Positions 1 through 10,720 are shown, numbered from the stretch's first letter. The stretch is DNA of 64,000 bases from an uncultured Planctomycetota bacterium (GCA_963823665.1 CAWGMQ010000003.1:160001-224000), one strand, 5' to 3'. Made by a program: numbers and translations. Notes: a model not told the origin generated them from the letters alone.

Positions 1-144
1 CCTGTGCTTCGGGTCGAGCACGAGGTCGAGGCGGTGTGTGTCTTCCTTCAGGTCGTAGATCCAAACTTGCTCGCCGGCCTCACAGAGTTGCTTGGCGATC
101 CAGCTTCCGATGCATCCATAACCGCCTGTCATCAATACCCGCAC
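1..144 (-). CDS. NAD-dependent epimerase/dehydratase (extended SDR), N-terminal part; runs off the window edge
   Basis: Manual translation from GTG at 144 gives MRVLMTGGYGCIGSWIAKQLCEAGEQVWIYD, with a TGGxGxxG Rossmann motif. AGGAG RBS upstream. Confidence 0.8.
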   Translation of the reverse strand, partial: MRVLMTGGYGCIGSWIAKQLCEAGEQVWIYDLKEDTHRLDLVLDPKHR

Positions 145-200
145 GTGGGGATCTCCTTGAACAAAAGCGTAAGAAAAAGCTCGCAAAACCAAGCTCGTGC

Positions 201-611
201 CTACCAGCCGGAGGGTAGGCCCCATATTCCGGGGGTCACGAGCTCGACCGAGTTTCGTGCGGGATCGCGGAAATAAAGGGACTTCCCACCGCGTTCCCAG
301 GTTTGCTCGTGCTCGATCTCCACACCATGGCGGGCGAGCCGTTGCCGCCACAGGTCGAGGTCTTCCGGCCGGACGCCGAGGGCGACGTGGCCGGGGCCGT
401 GAGCTCCGTGGGCGGGCAGGCGATCGCCTTTGAGCGTGCTCTCCGGGTAGAAAACGAGCAGGACTTGCTGGTCGCCCACCTGGAAAAACACATGCCGGCC
501 CGCTTCTTTTCCAAGCAGCGTCAGGCCGAGCACTTCGCTGTAGAACCGCTCGGCCGCGCCCAGGTCACTGGAATAAATCGCGGTTTCCACGATAGCACGG
601 ATTGCGTTCAT
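201..611 (-). CDS. VOC/glyoxalase family protein
   Basis: ETAIYSSDLGAAERFYSEVLGL ... GHVAL ... SLYFRDPARNSVEL. Start placed at ATG 611. Confidence 0.85.
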   Translation of the reverse strand: MNAIRAIVETAIYSSDLGAAERFYSEVLGLTLLGKEAGRHVFFQVGDQQVLLVFYPESTLKGDRLPAHGAHGPGHVALGVRPEDLDLWRQRLARHGVEIEHEQTWERGGKSLYFRDPARNSVELVTPGIWGLPSGW

Positions 612-903
612 GGCAGAGTGATTCCAGCAGGGATGGCGCCGTTTTCCGGTTCGCGGCCGATGGGCGGGAGCTCGCCAATAATCGGCCTGCAAGTGCAAGG
701 TGCGTCGGAAACGTCAATGACATTATCTTGACAACACGGTGCCCTGATCGTACATGATAACCACTACTCGCGACGACCGAGGGCTGCCGGCGGGGCAGTT
801 CCTGGTATTCGTGTGCGGCGGCGACCTGCGGCCATATCCTGTTCGGGTGGGCCGTCGTTCGAGCGAGTGTTTCAACCAGAGTTTCGTCCCCGGGGAGGAC
901 GCT

Positions 904-1428
904 ATCGGCCCGATTGAACGCGGTTTGAGGGTGAATGAGCAGATCCGCATCTCACCCGTGCGGGTAATCAACGCCGAAGGTGCAATGCTCGGCGTGATGC
1001 CAACGAGCAAGGCCCTTGAAGCTTCTCGCGAGGCGGGTCTTGACCTGGTGGAGGTTGCTCCCAACGAGCGTCCGCCTGTGTGCAAGATCATCGATTACGG
1101 GAAGTTCAAGTACACCCAGAAGAAGAAGCTCTCCAAGCAGAAGCAGCACCAGGTGCACGTCAAGGAGATTCGCGTGCGCCCCAAGACCGGCGATCACGAT
1201 ATCGAGGTCAAGGTGAAGCGTGCCAAGGAGTTCCTGGAGCAGAAGGACAAAGTCCTGGTGAATGTCCTGTTTCGCGGGCGCGAGCTCGCGCACATCGACG
1301 AAGGCCGCAAGGTGATGCTCGAGGTCTTGGCCGCGCTCGAGGAGTTCGGCAAGGTTGAAAAAACGCCTTCGATGGAAGGCAAGCGGATGACGGCGATCGT
1401 GGCGCCTCGAGCGGGCGGTCAGGCATGA
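904..1428 (+). CDS. infC: translation initiation factor IF-3, probable non-AUG start (ATC 904, or ATT 913)
   Basis: [14 protein letters not shown]...[25 protein letters not shown]...[18 protein letters not shown] at 894-898 lies 5 nt before an in-frame ATC. Sits upstream of rpmI-rplT. Confidence 0.95.
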   Translation: MGPIERGLRVNEQIRISPVRVINAEGAMLGVMPTSKALEASREAGLDLVEVAPNERPPVCKIIDYGKFKYTQKKKLSKQKQHQVHVKEIRVRPKTGDHDIEVKVKRAKEFLEQKDKVLVNVLFRGRELAHIDEGRKVMLEVLAALEEFGKVEKTPSMEGKRMTAIVAPRAGGQA

Positions 1429-1675
1429 TTCCTGGGTGTCGTGCGCGGATTCTCCGCTGCCGGCGACTGGACGAGAGCCTCCGCGGTTTGCTACAGTGAT
1501 CGGCTCGGCATCCGGGACTGCCCGAATGCGCCCGATGCCCCGGCGGCAATCGCCGGCTGGCATCACTTTGCTCGGTCATCCTGTGCGGAAGCGGGCGAGG
1601 AATCGCGGGCCTCTTGCTCACGGTTCGATAGCCGGCTCGAACTCGAATTGTTGAAATGGAGAGGAATGGGCCCTC

Positions 1676-1984
1676 ATGCCGAAGTTGAAGACACACAAAG
1701 GGATGAAGAAACGTTTCAAGGTCTCGGCGACGGGGAAGGTGAGTCACAAGCGGTGCGGATCTTCGCACTTGAACAGCCACAAGAGCGGCAAGCGCGTGCG
1801 GCGGCTTCGCAAATCGACCCAGCTCAAGGTTGCCGCTGAGAGCCGGCGGATCCGCTTCGCCTTGCTCGACCGGCAGAACGTGAATCCCGACACGGTGCAT
1901 GCCGAGAAGCTCGCGGCTGTGGCCGAGCACGCTTCAGAGGCCGGCGGCTCCGGCCCGAGTGCGACAGTTACGAAGAAGAGTTGA
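1676..1984 (+). CDS. rpmI: 50S ribosomal protein L35 with C-terminal extension
   Basis: MPKLKTHKGMKKRFKVSATGKV...HLNSHKSGKRVRRLR. Located between infC and rplT. Confidence 0.95.
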   Translation: MPKLKTHKGMKKRFKVSATGKVSHKRCGSSHLNSHKSGKRVRRLRKSTQLKVAAESRRIRFALLDRQNVNPDTVHAEKLAAVAEHASEAGGSGPSATVTKKS

Positions 1985-2017
1985 ACTGATTGACCACGAG
2001 AAAGAGCGAGTGGATCG

Positions 2018-2416
2018 ATGCGTACGACCAATGGACCGGCCACGAGGAAGCGAAAGAACCGGATCTTTCACCGCGCGAAGGGGTTCGTGGGTGGCAGGCG
2101 GCGATTGTTGCGGTCGGCCAAGGAAACGCTGCTCCGAGCCGGGATGTTTGCGTTCCGCGATCGCCGGGCGAAAAAGCGCGAGTTTCGCCGATTATTCATC
2201 ATCCGGCTCTCGGCCGCGGCGGAGATGCGGGGCCTGCGGTACAGCCGGCTGATCCACGGCCTCAAGATGCTCAAGATCGGGCTGGACCGCAAGAGCCTCT
2301 CGGAGCTGGCGATTCACGATCCGCAGACCTTTGACGCGATCATCACAATGGTGCGGGCCGAGAACGACAAGCACGACGCCGCGGTCCGCGAGCGCCAGAA
2401 GGCCAAACGAGCCTGA
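2018..2416 (+). CDS. rplT: 50S ribosomal protein L20
   Basis: AKGFVGGRRRL...AFRDRRAKKREFRRLFIIRLSAA...GLRYSRLIHGL...LDRKSLSELAIHDP. Confidence 0.97.
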   Translation: MRTTNGPATRKRKNRIFHRAKGFVGGRRRLLRSAKETLLRAGMFAFRDRRAKKREFRRLFIIRLSAAAEMRGLRYSRLIHGLKMLKIGLDRKSLSELAIHDPQTFDAIITMVRAENDKHDAAVRERQKAKRA

Positions 2417-2430
2417 GCGACCTACCAGCG

Positions 2431-3489
2431 ATGAGCGCGAGTGACTCTCTCTCCGATGCGCTCGAGGCTCTCGAGTCTCTCGAGCGGGCCGGCTTGGCCG
2501 CGTTCGGGACCGCAGCAGACCCAGCGGTCGTTGAAGCGGCACGGGTCGAGTTCCTGGGCCAGAAACAGGGCCGGCTCAAGGCGGCGCAGGAGCGGCTCAA
2601 ATCGCTCGAGCCGGCCCACAGGCGCGAATATGGTCAGAAGTTCAACAGCACAAAAGTCGCCCTCGAGGGGGCATGCGAGGCAGCCAGGCTGCGTCTGGAG
2701 CAGAAGCGGGCAAAGCCCGACGACGCGATCGACGTGACGCTGCCCGGCGTGCGCCCGCGGCTTGGCCACCGCCATCCGCTCACTCAAACCGCCGACGAAT
2801 TGATCGATATCTTCGGCCGTTTCGGCTTTTCGGTGGCGCGCGGCCCGGAGGTTGAAGACGTCCACCATAATTTCGACGCGCTCAACATCCCGCCGAACCA
2901 TCCCGCTCGTGATCCGCTCGACAATTTCTACCTGGCGGCGGCGAGATCGGCCGCGAGTGCCGCGGGCCGTGCCGGATCGGATCCCGGCCATTCGATGCTG
3001 CGCAGCCAGACGAGCACGGTCCAGATCCGGGTGATGGAGTCGCAGCCGCCGCCGGTGCGAGTGATCGCGATCGGGCGGGTTTATCGGCCGGATACAGTCG
3101 ACGCCACGCACTCGTTCATGTTCCATCAGATCGAAGGCTTGATGGTGGACCGCGGCGTGACCATGGCGCATCTCAAGTCGGTGCTCCGGCTGTTTGCCCA
3201 GAGCTATCTGGGGCAAGACGTGAAAATCCGCTTCCGCCCGTCGTTCTTCCCGTTCACCGAGCCCAGCGTCGAGGTGGACATGCTCTGGCACGGGGGCCAG
3301 CGCTGGGTTGAGATGGGCGGGGCAGGCATGGTCGACCCGAACGTGCTGCGATCGGTCGGTTACGACCCCGAGGAGGTCACGGGCTTCGCCTTCGGCCTGG
3401 GAATCGAGCGCCTCTGCATGCGCCGGCACAAGATCGACGACATCCGGCTGCTGTTTCAGAATGATGTGAGGTTTCTGCGGCAGTTCTGA
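2431..3489 (+). CDS. pheS: phenylalanine--tRNA ligase alpha subunit
   Basis: GHRHPL, NFDALNIPPNHPARD, LRSQTSTVQIR, FHQIEGL, RFRPSFFPFTEPS, GFAFGLGIERL. Confidence 0.98.
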   Translation: MSASDSLSDALEALESLERAGLAAFGTAADPAVVEAARVEFLGQKQGRLKAAQERLKSLEPAHRREYGQKFNSTKVALEGACEAARLRLEQKRAKPDDAIDVTLPGVRPRLGHRHPLTQTADELIDIFGRFGFSVARGPEVEDVHHNFDALNIPPNHPARDPLDNFYLAAARSAASAAGRAGSDPGHSMLRSQTSTVQIRVMESQPPPVRVIAIGRVYRPDTVDATHSFMFHQIEGLMVDRGVTMAHLKSVLRLFAQSYLGQDVKIRFRPSFFPFTEPSVEVDMLWHGGQRWVEMGGAGMVDPNVLRSVGYDPEEVTGFAFGLGIERLCMRRHKIDDIRLLFQNDVRFLRQF

Positions 3490-3503
3490 CCCGATATTCG
3501 CGG

Positions 3504-4784
3504 CACGGCTGTTGACAGATTGAGCCTGAGGCAGATAGGAAAGGTTCTATCGGTATGGAAACCGCCCACACCAAGGATTTTCGGCATGGAGGCATCGCAT
3601 GGAAGCCCAAACCACCGGCAGTCTTCTTTCCTTTCTTGCCGTTGTTCCCGATCCTCGCAGTCGGCATGGCCGACAACATCCGCTGTCGGCCATTCTTGCG
3701 TTGGTGTGTTGTGCCGTCATGTGTGGTGCGAAGAGCTATTCTGCCATTGCGCAATGGGCACGGGACCAAGACATCGGGCTGATGCATCGACTTGGCTTCA
3801 CTCGCAGACCTCCGAAGATGGGCGGCATTCGCAAGGTTCTGATCGCATTAGACCCAAAGGCCTTCGAGGACGCTCTGAGCCGGTGGGCCGAATCGTTGCT
3901 GGACCGTCCAGTCTCAAGCGAGCCTTCGCCGCCGGAAGCTTTTGCTCTCGATGGCAAGACAGCTCGTGGCAGCTTCGACGGCCTCGAGAAGGCGGTCCAC
4001 CTGCTCTCCTTGGTAGCGCACGAGTCGGGATTAACGTTGGCTCAGACACAGGTCCCCAACGGCGGCGAAAACAAGACCAACGAGCACAAGACAGCTCTTC
4101 AGTTGCTCCGAGGTATCGTTCTGGAGGGGCGAGTGGTAACCGGCGACGCCATGTTCTGCCAGCGTGATCTTTCCCAGCAGGTCATCGATGCACGCGGCCA
4201 CTACTTTTGGTTTGTGAAGGACAACCAGCCGACGCTCCTCAACGATATTAAGGCCGCCTTCGACGCATCAACCGAGGCGGCTTTTTCCCCCTAAACAGCG
4301 ACGAATCTGGGAACAGGCGCAGGACACGACCACGAGCATAGACAAGGGCCATGGTCGTCGTGAACGCCGCACCTTGAAGGCAACGACAGCATTGAATGAG
4401 TATCTGGATTGGCCCGGCGTGGCTCAGGTCGGGCAGATTGAGAGTGTGGTTGAGCAAGGCGGAGAGGTTTCAAACGAGACTCGCTATTTCATTACCAGCG
4501 TTCCCCGCGCTCTCGGCAACGCCAGCCATTTGCTTGCTTGGGGACGGGGCCACTGGTCCATCGAGAATCGATCCCACTACGTGCGTGACGTCACGTTCGC
4601 CGAGGATAAGAGCCGAATCCGCAAGGGGTCCGGTCCGGAAATCATGGCTGCGCTGCGTAATGCAGCGATCGGATTCCTTCGAATCACTGGCGCGACCAAC
4701 ATCGCCGAGTCCGTTCGTCGCAATGCTTCCCAAGTCCGAACGCTCTTCGCCAAACTGGGTATCCTCAATTAGTCAACAGCCCTG
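3504..4784 (+). mobile_element. ISAs1-family insertion sequence, 1281 bp, complete
   Basis: Terminal IRs CACGGCTGTTGAC (3504) and GTCAACAGCCCTG (ends 4784). 10-bp direct repeat ATATTCGCGG at 3494-3503 and 4785-4794. Confidence 0.93.
3599..4772 (+). CDS. ISAs1-family DDE transposase, split by a +1 frameshift at TTT TCC CCC TAA (4283-4294)
   Basis: VPDPRSRHGRQHPL, ALDGKTARGS, VTGDAMFCQR, VKDNQP. The +1 frame continues DKGHGRRERR ... RGHWSIENRSHYVRDVTFAED. Confidence 0.9.
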
Positions 4785-4905
4785 ATATTCGCGGCATGCG
4801 GCTTGCATCTCAATCCGTTTCATGGTCGAATCGGGCGTAGGTGTCGTCAACCTCCGATCGATCAACTCAGCTCGTGAAGTTAAGCATTCAGCCGCCGAGG
4901 CCCCC

Positions 4906-5157
4906 ATGAAAACCGAATTGACCCGGGTGATCGTGGCGCACAGCGGGAGTTCATCGACGTTCGTGGTTCATCACCGTGAGTTCCCCGAGATACGGGCCGA
5001 GGGCGGCTCGCCCCGGGAAGCGGCGTCGCACCTTGTGAACAAGCTGGCCTGCGCGCTGGATTCCGCGCTCACCGACTGGCGCCGCGAGGCGGTCGATCAC
5101 GCGATTGCGGACGTCAAGGCGTTCGAGGCACAGAAGGAAGACGTCGCAAGCCCGTGA
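4906..5157 (+). CDS. small hypothetical protein, possible HicB-like N-terminal fold
   Basis: 83-aa ORF whose stop overlaps the permease start (GTGA). FVVHHREFPEIRAEGGSPREA resembles the HicB 'F.V..PDLPG....G.T.EEA' pattern. Confidence 0.55.
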   Translation: MKTELTRVIVAHSGSSSTFVVHHREFPEIRAEGGSPREAASHLVNKLACALDSALTDWRREAVDHAIADVKAFEAQKEDVASP

Positions 5158-6647
5158 CCACTGAAACGACGAGCCAAAAATCTCAGGCAAGCTCGCTGGT
5201 GCGCGAGCTGGGCACGATCGACGCGACGATGATCGTCGTGGGCTCGATGATCGGCTCGGGTATATTCATCACGTCCGCCGAGTCAGCCAGGCTGGTCGGA
5301 ACGCCCGGTTGGCTGCTGGCGGCGTGGGCAGTGGCGGGCGTCATGACGGTCTGCGGCGCGGCCACGGCGGCCGAGATCGCCGCCATGATGCCGCGCGCCG
5401 GCGGTCAGTACGTCTTCCTGCGCGATACCTACTCGCCCCTATTCGGGTTTCTGTTCGGCTGGGCGATGTTTCTGGTCGTCCAGACCGGGACGATCGCTGC
5501 GGTGTCCGTCGCTTTTGCGAAGTTCCTCGGCGTCTTTCTCCCGGGCATTGCCGCGGACGTGTATATCGTCGCGCCGATCCGTCTGGGGCGATTTGCGGTG
5601 AGCCTGTCGAGCCAGCAGATTGTCGCCGTTGCACTGATCGTTGGCCTCACTGCAATCAACATGATGGGGCTCAAGTTCGGCAAATGGATCCAGAACTCAT
5701 TCACCTTCACCAAGACCGCAGCGCTCTTCGGATTGATCGTTGTCGGCATCTTGTTCGGAACGAACCGGGAAAGTGCCGCGTGGACTTCGTCGTGGTGGGA
5801 TGCGCCCGCTAACGGTTGGTCGGCGGAGACGGCCCTCAAGGGTCTGGGCATCACTGGGGGAACTGCTCTCCTGCTCCTGTTTGGCAAAGCGATGATCGGG
5901 CCGCTTTTCTCGCAATCGGCCTGGAACAACGTCACCTTTACCGGCGGCGAGATCAAGGAACCCGAGCGAGTTCTGCCGCGCGCGATGATCCTGGGCACCT
6001 TCTCGGTTGTCGTTCTTTATCTTCTGGCGAACGTTGCCTATGTGCTGACGCTTGGGCTCGCCGATATTCAGAATGCTCCGGAGAAGCGGGTCGGCACGGC
6101 GGTGATGCAGGCGATCTTCGGTGAGCCGGGCGCGAAGGTGATGGCCGCGGCGATCCTGATTTCGACTTTCGGATGCGTGAACGGGCTGGTGATGGCCGGA
6201 GCGCGAATCTATTTCGCGATGGCTCGCGACGGGCTGTTCTTCAAAAGCATTGCGCGCGCGAACCGTTTTCATGTACCGGGCTGGGCGCTGGCCGCTCAGT
6301 GCGTATGGACCGTTTTGCTCGTTTTGCCCGCGGGAAACCTGTACAACGATCTGCTTGAGTACGTCATTCCCGTCGACGTGACGTTTTATACGCTGATGGT
6401 GGTGGCCGTCATCGTGTTGCGATTCCGAGCGCCGCTTGCCGCGCGGCCGTACCGCACGATTGCCTACCCGCTGCCGCCGATCCTGTACATCGCCCTGGCG
6501 GTGTTGCTCGTCGTCGACTTCATTTATTTAAACCCCGAGACTTCCGGAATCGGGTTCTTGATCGTGCTCGCGGGGATACCTGTGTACTTGATCTGGTCGC
6601 GGTGGGGGGCGGGAACGGGCGTACGCGACGCTTCGAGCATTGGTTGA
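5154..6647 (+). CDS. APC-superfamily amino acid permease
   Basis: GSMIGSGIF, MPRAGGQYVFLR, about 12 hydrophobic segments, ARIYFAMARDGLF. Confidence 0.92.
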   Translation: MTTETTSQKSQASSLVRELGTIDATMIVVGSMIGSGIFITSAESARLVGTPGWLLAAWAVAGVMTVCGAATAAEIAAMMPRAGGQYVFLRDTYSPLFGFLFGWAMFLVVQTGTIAAVSVAFAKFLGVFLPGIAADVYIVAPIRLGRFAVSLSSQQIVAVALIVGLTAINMMGLKFGKWIQNSFTFTKTAALFGLIVVGILFGTNRESAAWTSSWWDAPANGWSAETALKGLGITGGTALLLLFGKAMIGPLFSQSAWNNVTFTGGEIKEPERVLPRAMILGTFSVVVLYLLANVAYVLTLGLADIQNAPEKRVGTAVMQAIFGEPGAKVMAAAILISTFGCVNGLVMAGARIYFAMARDGLFFKSIARANRFHVPGWALAAQCVWTVLLVLPAGNLYNDLLEYVIPVDVTFYTLMVVAVIVLRFRAPLAARPYRTIAYPLPPILYIALAVLLVVDFIYLNPETSGIGFLIVLAGIPVYLIWSRWGAGTGVRDASSIG

Positions 6648-6893
6648 AGTCGGGATTGGTTCGGTTGGCCTTTCGTCTCTCGCATCGCATGTTTAATTGG
6701 CTAGCATGGGCTGATCTGGCTCAAATCAAGACTCGAAGCGGCCCGTCTGCTACAATCCATCCAGCCACCTGTTTGACGCAAAGTGGTTCGTACGTGAGCT
6801 TGTTTGCGGGGGGGTTAGTGGAATGATCAAACCGTGAGGACCCAAGGCTAAGCAGCAAAAGCCGAAGCAGGCGGTGAGGTACCCGTATAAACC

Positions 6894-8908
6894 ATGATCA
6901 TAAGCTGGAACTGGCTCACCGATTACCTGAAGCTCGACATGCCCGTCGAGGCATTGACCGAGCGGCTGGCCTTGTCCGGGCTGAACCTCGAGTCGATCTC
7001 GGACGTCGGCGGCGACATCGCAATCGATCTCGAAGTGACGAGCAACCGCCCGGACTGCCTGGGGCACCTGGGCGTCGCGCGAGAGATCGCCGTTCTATTT
7101 AACAAGGATCGCTGCGTTCCGGACCCACGGCCGCCGGTTTCGGGCCCGGCGGCCGAGGCGTGCACTGGAGTCGCCGTTCTGGACGACGTCCTCTGCCCGC
7201 GGTTCACCGCCCGGGTGATCTCGGGCGTGAAGGTGGGTGAGAGCCCCTGGTGGATGCGCAAGAGGCTGGAGACGATCGGTGTGCGGCCGATCAGCAATCT
7301 TGTCGACGTGACCAACTATGTGATGTTTGAATGCGGGCAGCCGCTGCACGCGTATGACCTTGAGCGCCTTGGCCGAGCACCGGCTGGTCGTGCGGCGGGC
7401 TCAGAAGGGCGAAACGCTGCTGGCGATCAACAATAAGGTGTACGAGCTGAGCCCAGAAATGCTCGTGATCGCCGATGCAACCAGGCCGGTCGGGCTGGGT
7501 GGAGTGATGGGGGGGGCGGATACCGAGATCTCGGGCAAGACCACTCAGGTGCTGGTCGAAGCGGCCCAGTTCGATCCGATCTCGGTGCGGCGGACGTCGC
7601 GCGCTCTCGGCTTGTTCAGCCCGTCGAGCTTCCGCTTCGAGCGCGGGCTCGACCCCGATTTCACCGACTGGGCGAGCCGGCGGGCCTGCGAGCTGATCTT
7701 GAAAATTGCCGGCGGGACTCTGCACCCCGGATCAATCGACACCGGCGGGCGCCGTCCGGAGCGGCCGGTGATCCAGTTGCGGCTGCCCCAGATCGAGCGC
7801 GTGCTCGGAATCGACATCGATCGGGCAAAGGTCGTGCGGATCCTACAGGCACTGGGGCTCGCAGAGGAGTCGCACAATGGCACGACCTTGAGCTTCCGCC
7901 CGCCTGCATGGCGTAACGACCTGGAGCGTGAGATCGACTTGATCGAAGAGGTGGCGAGGATTCACGGCTACGAACATATTCCCGAAGACCGGCCTGTGGC
8001 GGTTTCGAGCTCGCCGCGGGGTCTTCGCGAGCGGGTCGAGTCGGCCGTGCGCCAGGTGCTTTCCGGAGCGGGATTCGATGAAGCGGTGACGGTGAGCTTG
8101 GTGGAAGAGCGCCTGGCCGTCCCAGTGCGTCCGGGCCCGCCGGCCGCGCCGCTTTCGGTCGATCATTCGAGCCGGAAGCGGGAATCCGCCCTGCGGCAGA
8201 GCGTGATTCCCAGCTTGCTGGCCGCCCGGGTGCACAACGAGACGCACGGGCAAGCGGATGCCGATCTATTCGAGATCGCGAATGTCTACCTGGCCCGGCC
8301 CGGCAGCGCCCTGCCGGTTGAGCCGACGCACCTTGCGCTCGTCCGGCGGCGATTTCCGCGGAATGAAAGGCGTGATCGAAGGATTGTTGGAAGGGCTGCA
8401 CATGAAAAAGCCACTTTCGGCCCGGCCTGCCGAGATCGGCTTTTTCGCCGCGGGCCGCTCTGCGGAGCTCACAATGGGCGAGGAACACCTGGGATACCTC
8501 GGTGAAATCGACGCCGCCGTGCTTTCGCAATTCGAGCTTCGCGGAAAGTGTGTGGCGGCGGAGATCGACTTCGACGTCCTATTGAAGCAAGCGAACCTGG
8601 TGGCACAGCAACGGCCGCTGCCTCCTTATCCGGCCGTCGCTCGCGACCTTTCGCTGGTGGTGGACCGGGCTCTGGGATGGGGCGAGCTGCGCGAAGCCGT
8701 AGCTGGAACGGCAGGCTCGACCCTGGAGGCGGTGACGTATCTGGACACGTTTCGGGGCGGAAACCTTCCGGAAGACAAGCAAAGCGTGCATTTCAACATG
8801 GTTTTTCGTCATCCCGAGCGGACACTCACAGGCGAGGAAGTCGAGCGGGCCGTGAAGTCGGTGGTCGAGGCATGCGAGCGGCGCTTCACGGCAAAGCTTC
8901 GAACCTGA
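6894..8908 (+). CDS. pheT: phenylalanine--tRNA ligase beta subunit (short form lacking the B2 OB domain); two frameshifts near 7371 and 8342, probably sequence errors
   Basis: Three consecutive frames give EVTSNRPDCLGHLGVAREIA / NYVMFECGQPLHAYD / SSFRFERG / RNDLEREIDLIEEVARIHGYEHIP / PAVARDLSLVV...RTLTGEEV. Confidence 0.93.
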
Positions 8909-8945
8909 TCACCGAGAACGAGGGCCGGGAGGCGCGGAGGGTTGC

Positions 8946-10520
8946 GTGATGAGCCCACTCTGGCGATGGCGATCGTGGGTCCTGGTTCTACTCCTGGTGG
9001 GGCCGGTGCTCGCTTATGTCGGCCTGGGGATGCTCTGGCTCTGGGAGCGCGGCTGGGTGGCATGCACGGTGGCGGCTGTGCTGTGGCTATTCGCGGGTGG
9101 AGTCTTCGCAATCCTGGCGTCGCGCTGGACAAAGACCTCACGACCGCTCCTTCCTCCGCTCGACTGGGATTCGCCCCATCTTTTTTCCCCACTCGATCGC
9201 GAAGGCTGGAAGCTCGTGCAGCTCGAGGCGGAGAAGGGCGAAAACCTGTCCTTCGACAGTCTGCTCGGAAGCGATACGTACATTGACACGGGCCGCACCT
9301 TGTTGAACCGCATCGCCAAACACTATCGTCCGTTCACAAGCGAGCCGCTCGACGACGTTCCGCTGGTCGAGCTGATGACGGCCCTCGAGCTTGCCGCCGA
9401 GGATCTCTCGGGAATGTGCCGGCAGATTCCCGGCGGCGACATGATCGCACTTTCGCACTGGCGGCGGGCTGTGCAAGTCGCGGGCTACATCAACCGGGCA
9501 AACGACCTGTACTCATTCGTGCTGCCGTTCCTCAATCCCGTGACGGGGCTCACCCGCTTAGGAACACGCGAGTGGGTTGTGAAGCCGGCGTGGAAGTCGA
9601 TGCAGCAGAATGTGCTGCGCTGGTTCTACCAGGCATATGTCAACCGCCTGGGCATGCACCTGATCGAGCTCATGAGCGGCCGCCTGGCGATCGGGGCTCA
9701 TCACTACCGCCGGCTGACCAAACGCCCGCGCATGGGGTCGGGCGGGGTTCTGGGCGAAGACATCAAGCCGCTGTCCATCGCGGTGGTCGGGGCAACGGGC
9801 GCGGGGAAGTCTCGGTTGATCAAGTTGATTCAGGACGCCTGCTCGGGCGAGATGCATCTGATCAAGGCGAAGGTTGCGCCGCTGTGCCTCGAGCCGTCGC
9901 TGCTTGACCGGCTCAAGGAGGCGCGGTGGATTGAATCACCGGGATATCCTGGCGCGAGTGTGGCTGAGAGCCGGCGAGGGAGGGCGCGGCGGCTCGCCGC
10001 GATCGCCGCGGCGGCAGACTCCGATCTTTGCATTCTGGTGATTGACGGATGCAACTCCGACCACTCAAACGACGTGGTGTTTGCCCAGGCCTGGGACCGA
10101 TGGTTTCAGGAACATCCCCAGCATGAAGTACCGCCCGCGCTCGTCGTCGTTACAGGCATCGATCGTCCCGACTTTGGCGGAACTTCGAACATCGCTCACG
10201 AGGAGGGTTTCACACCCGAGCGCCGCGAATCGCTGATCCGGGCTGAGCTCGAGTCGCTCAGGTCGATGCTTCCGCCGGCGTTTCACGAATACGCGGCGGT
10301 GGGCCTCGGCGCGGAGACGCCCGCCGCGGTGATCGAGCACGTCGTGCCCTCGCTCACACCTCTTCTACTCAAAGCGGAGCGGACGGCCCTCTTGCGCCGG
10401 CTGCACGAAGTCTCCAGTCGATCTCGCGTCGGCCGGCTCGTCCAGCAGATCGGGGAGCAGGGGCGATCGCTGTGGGGAAGCCTTAAGGCGCGAAGAAAAG
10501 CGGGAAGCGCGCCACGGTGA
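8946..10520 (+). CDS. membrane-anchored hypothetical protein with a degenerate P-loop GTPase-like domain
   Basis: Two N-terminal TM helices. IAVVGATGAGKSRLI Walker A-like motif, ESPGY (G3-like) and VVTGID (G4-like). Confidence 0.7.
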   Translation: MMSPLWRWRSWVLVLLLVGPVLAYVGLGMLWLWERGWVACTVAAVLWLFAGGVFAILASRWTKTSRPLLPPLDWDSPHLFSPLDREGWKLVQLEAEKGENLSFDSLLGSDTYIDTGRTLLNRIAKHYRPFTSEPLDDVPLVELMTALELAAEDLSGMCRQIPGGDMIALSHWRRAVQVAGYINRANDLYSFVLPFLNPVTGLTRLGTREWVVKPAWKSMQQNVLRWFYQAYVNRLGMHLIELMSGRLAIGAHHYRRLTKRPRMGSGGVLGEDIKPLSIAVVGATGAGKSRLIKLIQDACSGEMHLIKAKVAPLCLEPSLLDRLKEARWIESPGYPGASVAESRRGRARRLAAIAAAADSDLCILVIDGCNSDHSNDVVFAQAWDRWFQEHPQHEVPPALVVVTGIDRPDFGGTSNIAHEEGFTPERRESLIRAELESLRSMLPPAFHEYAAVGLGAETPAAVIEHVVPSLTPLLLKAERTALLRRLHEVSSRSRVGRLVQQIGEQGRSLWGSLKARRKAGSAPR

Positions 10521-10720
10521 TTGCCGAGCGCAGGGAAGTCGTTTTTTGCCCGCGACCGATTTCTCGGGGACGCCCCGCGTCGGTAGCTCCACCAGCCTCT
10601 CCACGGCAACCTCAACGTCGACACCCGTTCGCCCCTCCTTCGCCCTCCCTCCAGTTCGGGCCTGATTCAATCGCGCGGCTGCTCGAGTAACACGTTGCGC
10701 ACCCGTCCCGGCGACTACAC

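Noticed and set aside
754..903. N-terminal extension of IF-3 from ATG 754
   Set aside because: No IF-3 similarity, and a strong RBS sits at 894-898.
1429..1675. L20 autoregulatory RNA structure between infC and rpmI
   Set aside because: GC-rich hairpins are possible, but I cannot match them to a known leader by eye.
2422..3429. Long antisense and alternate-frame ORFs (e.g. 2422-3429, 35227-36294, 55007-56338, 62542-63465)
   Set aside because: Shadow ORFs of well-supported genes, as expected in high-GC DNA.
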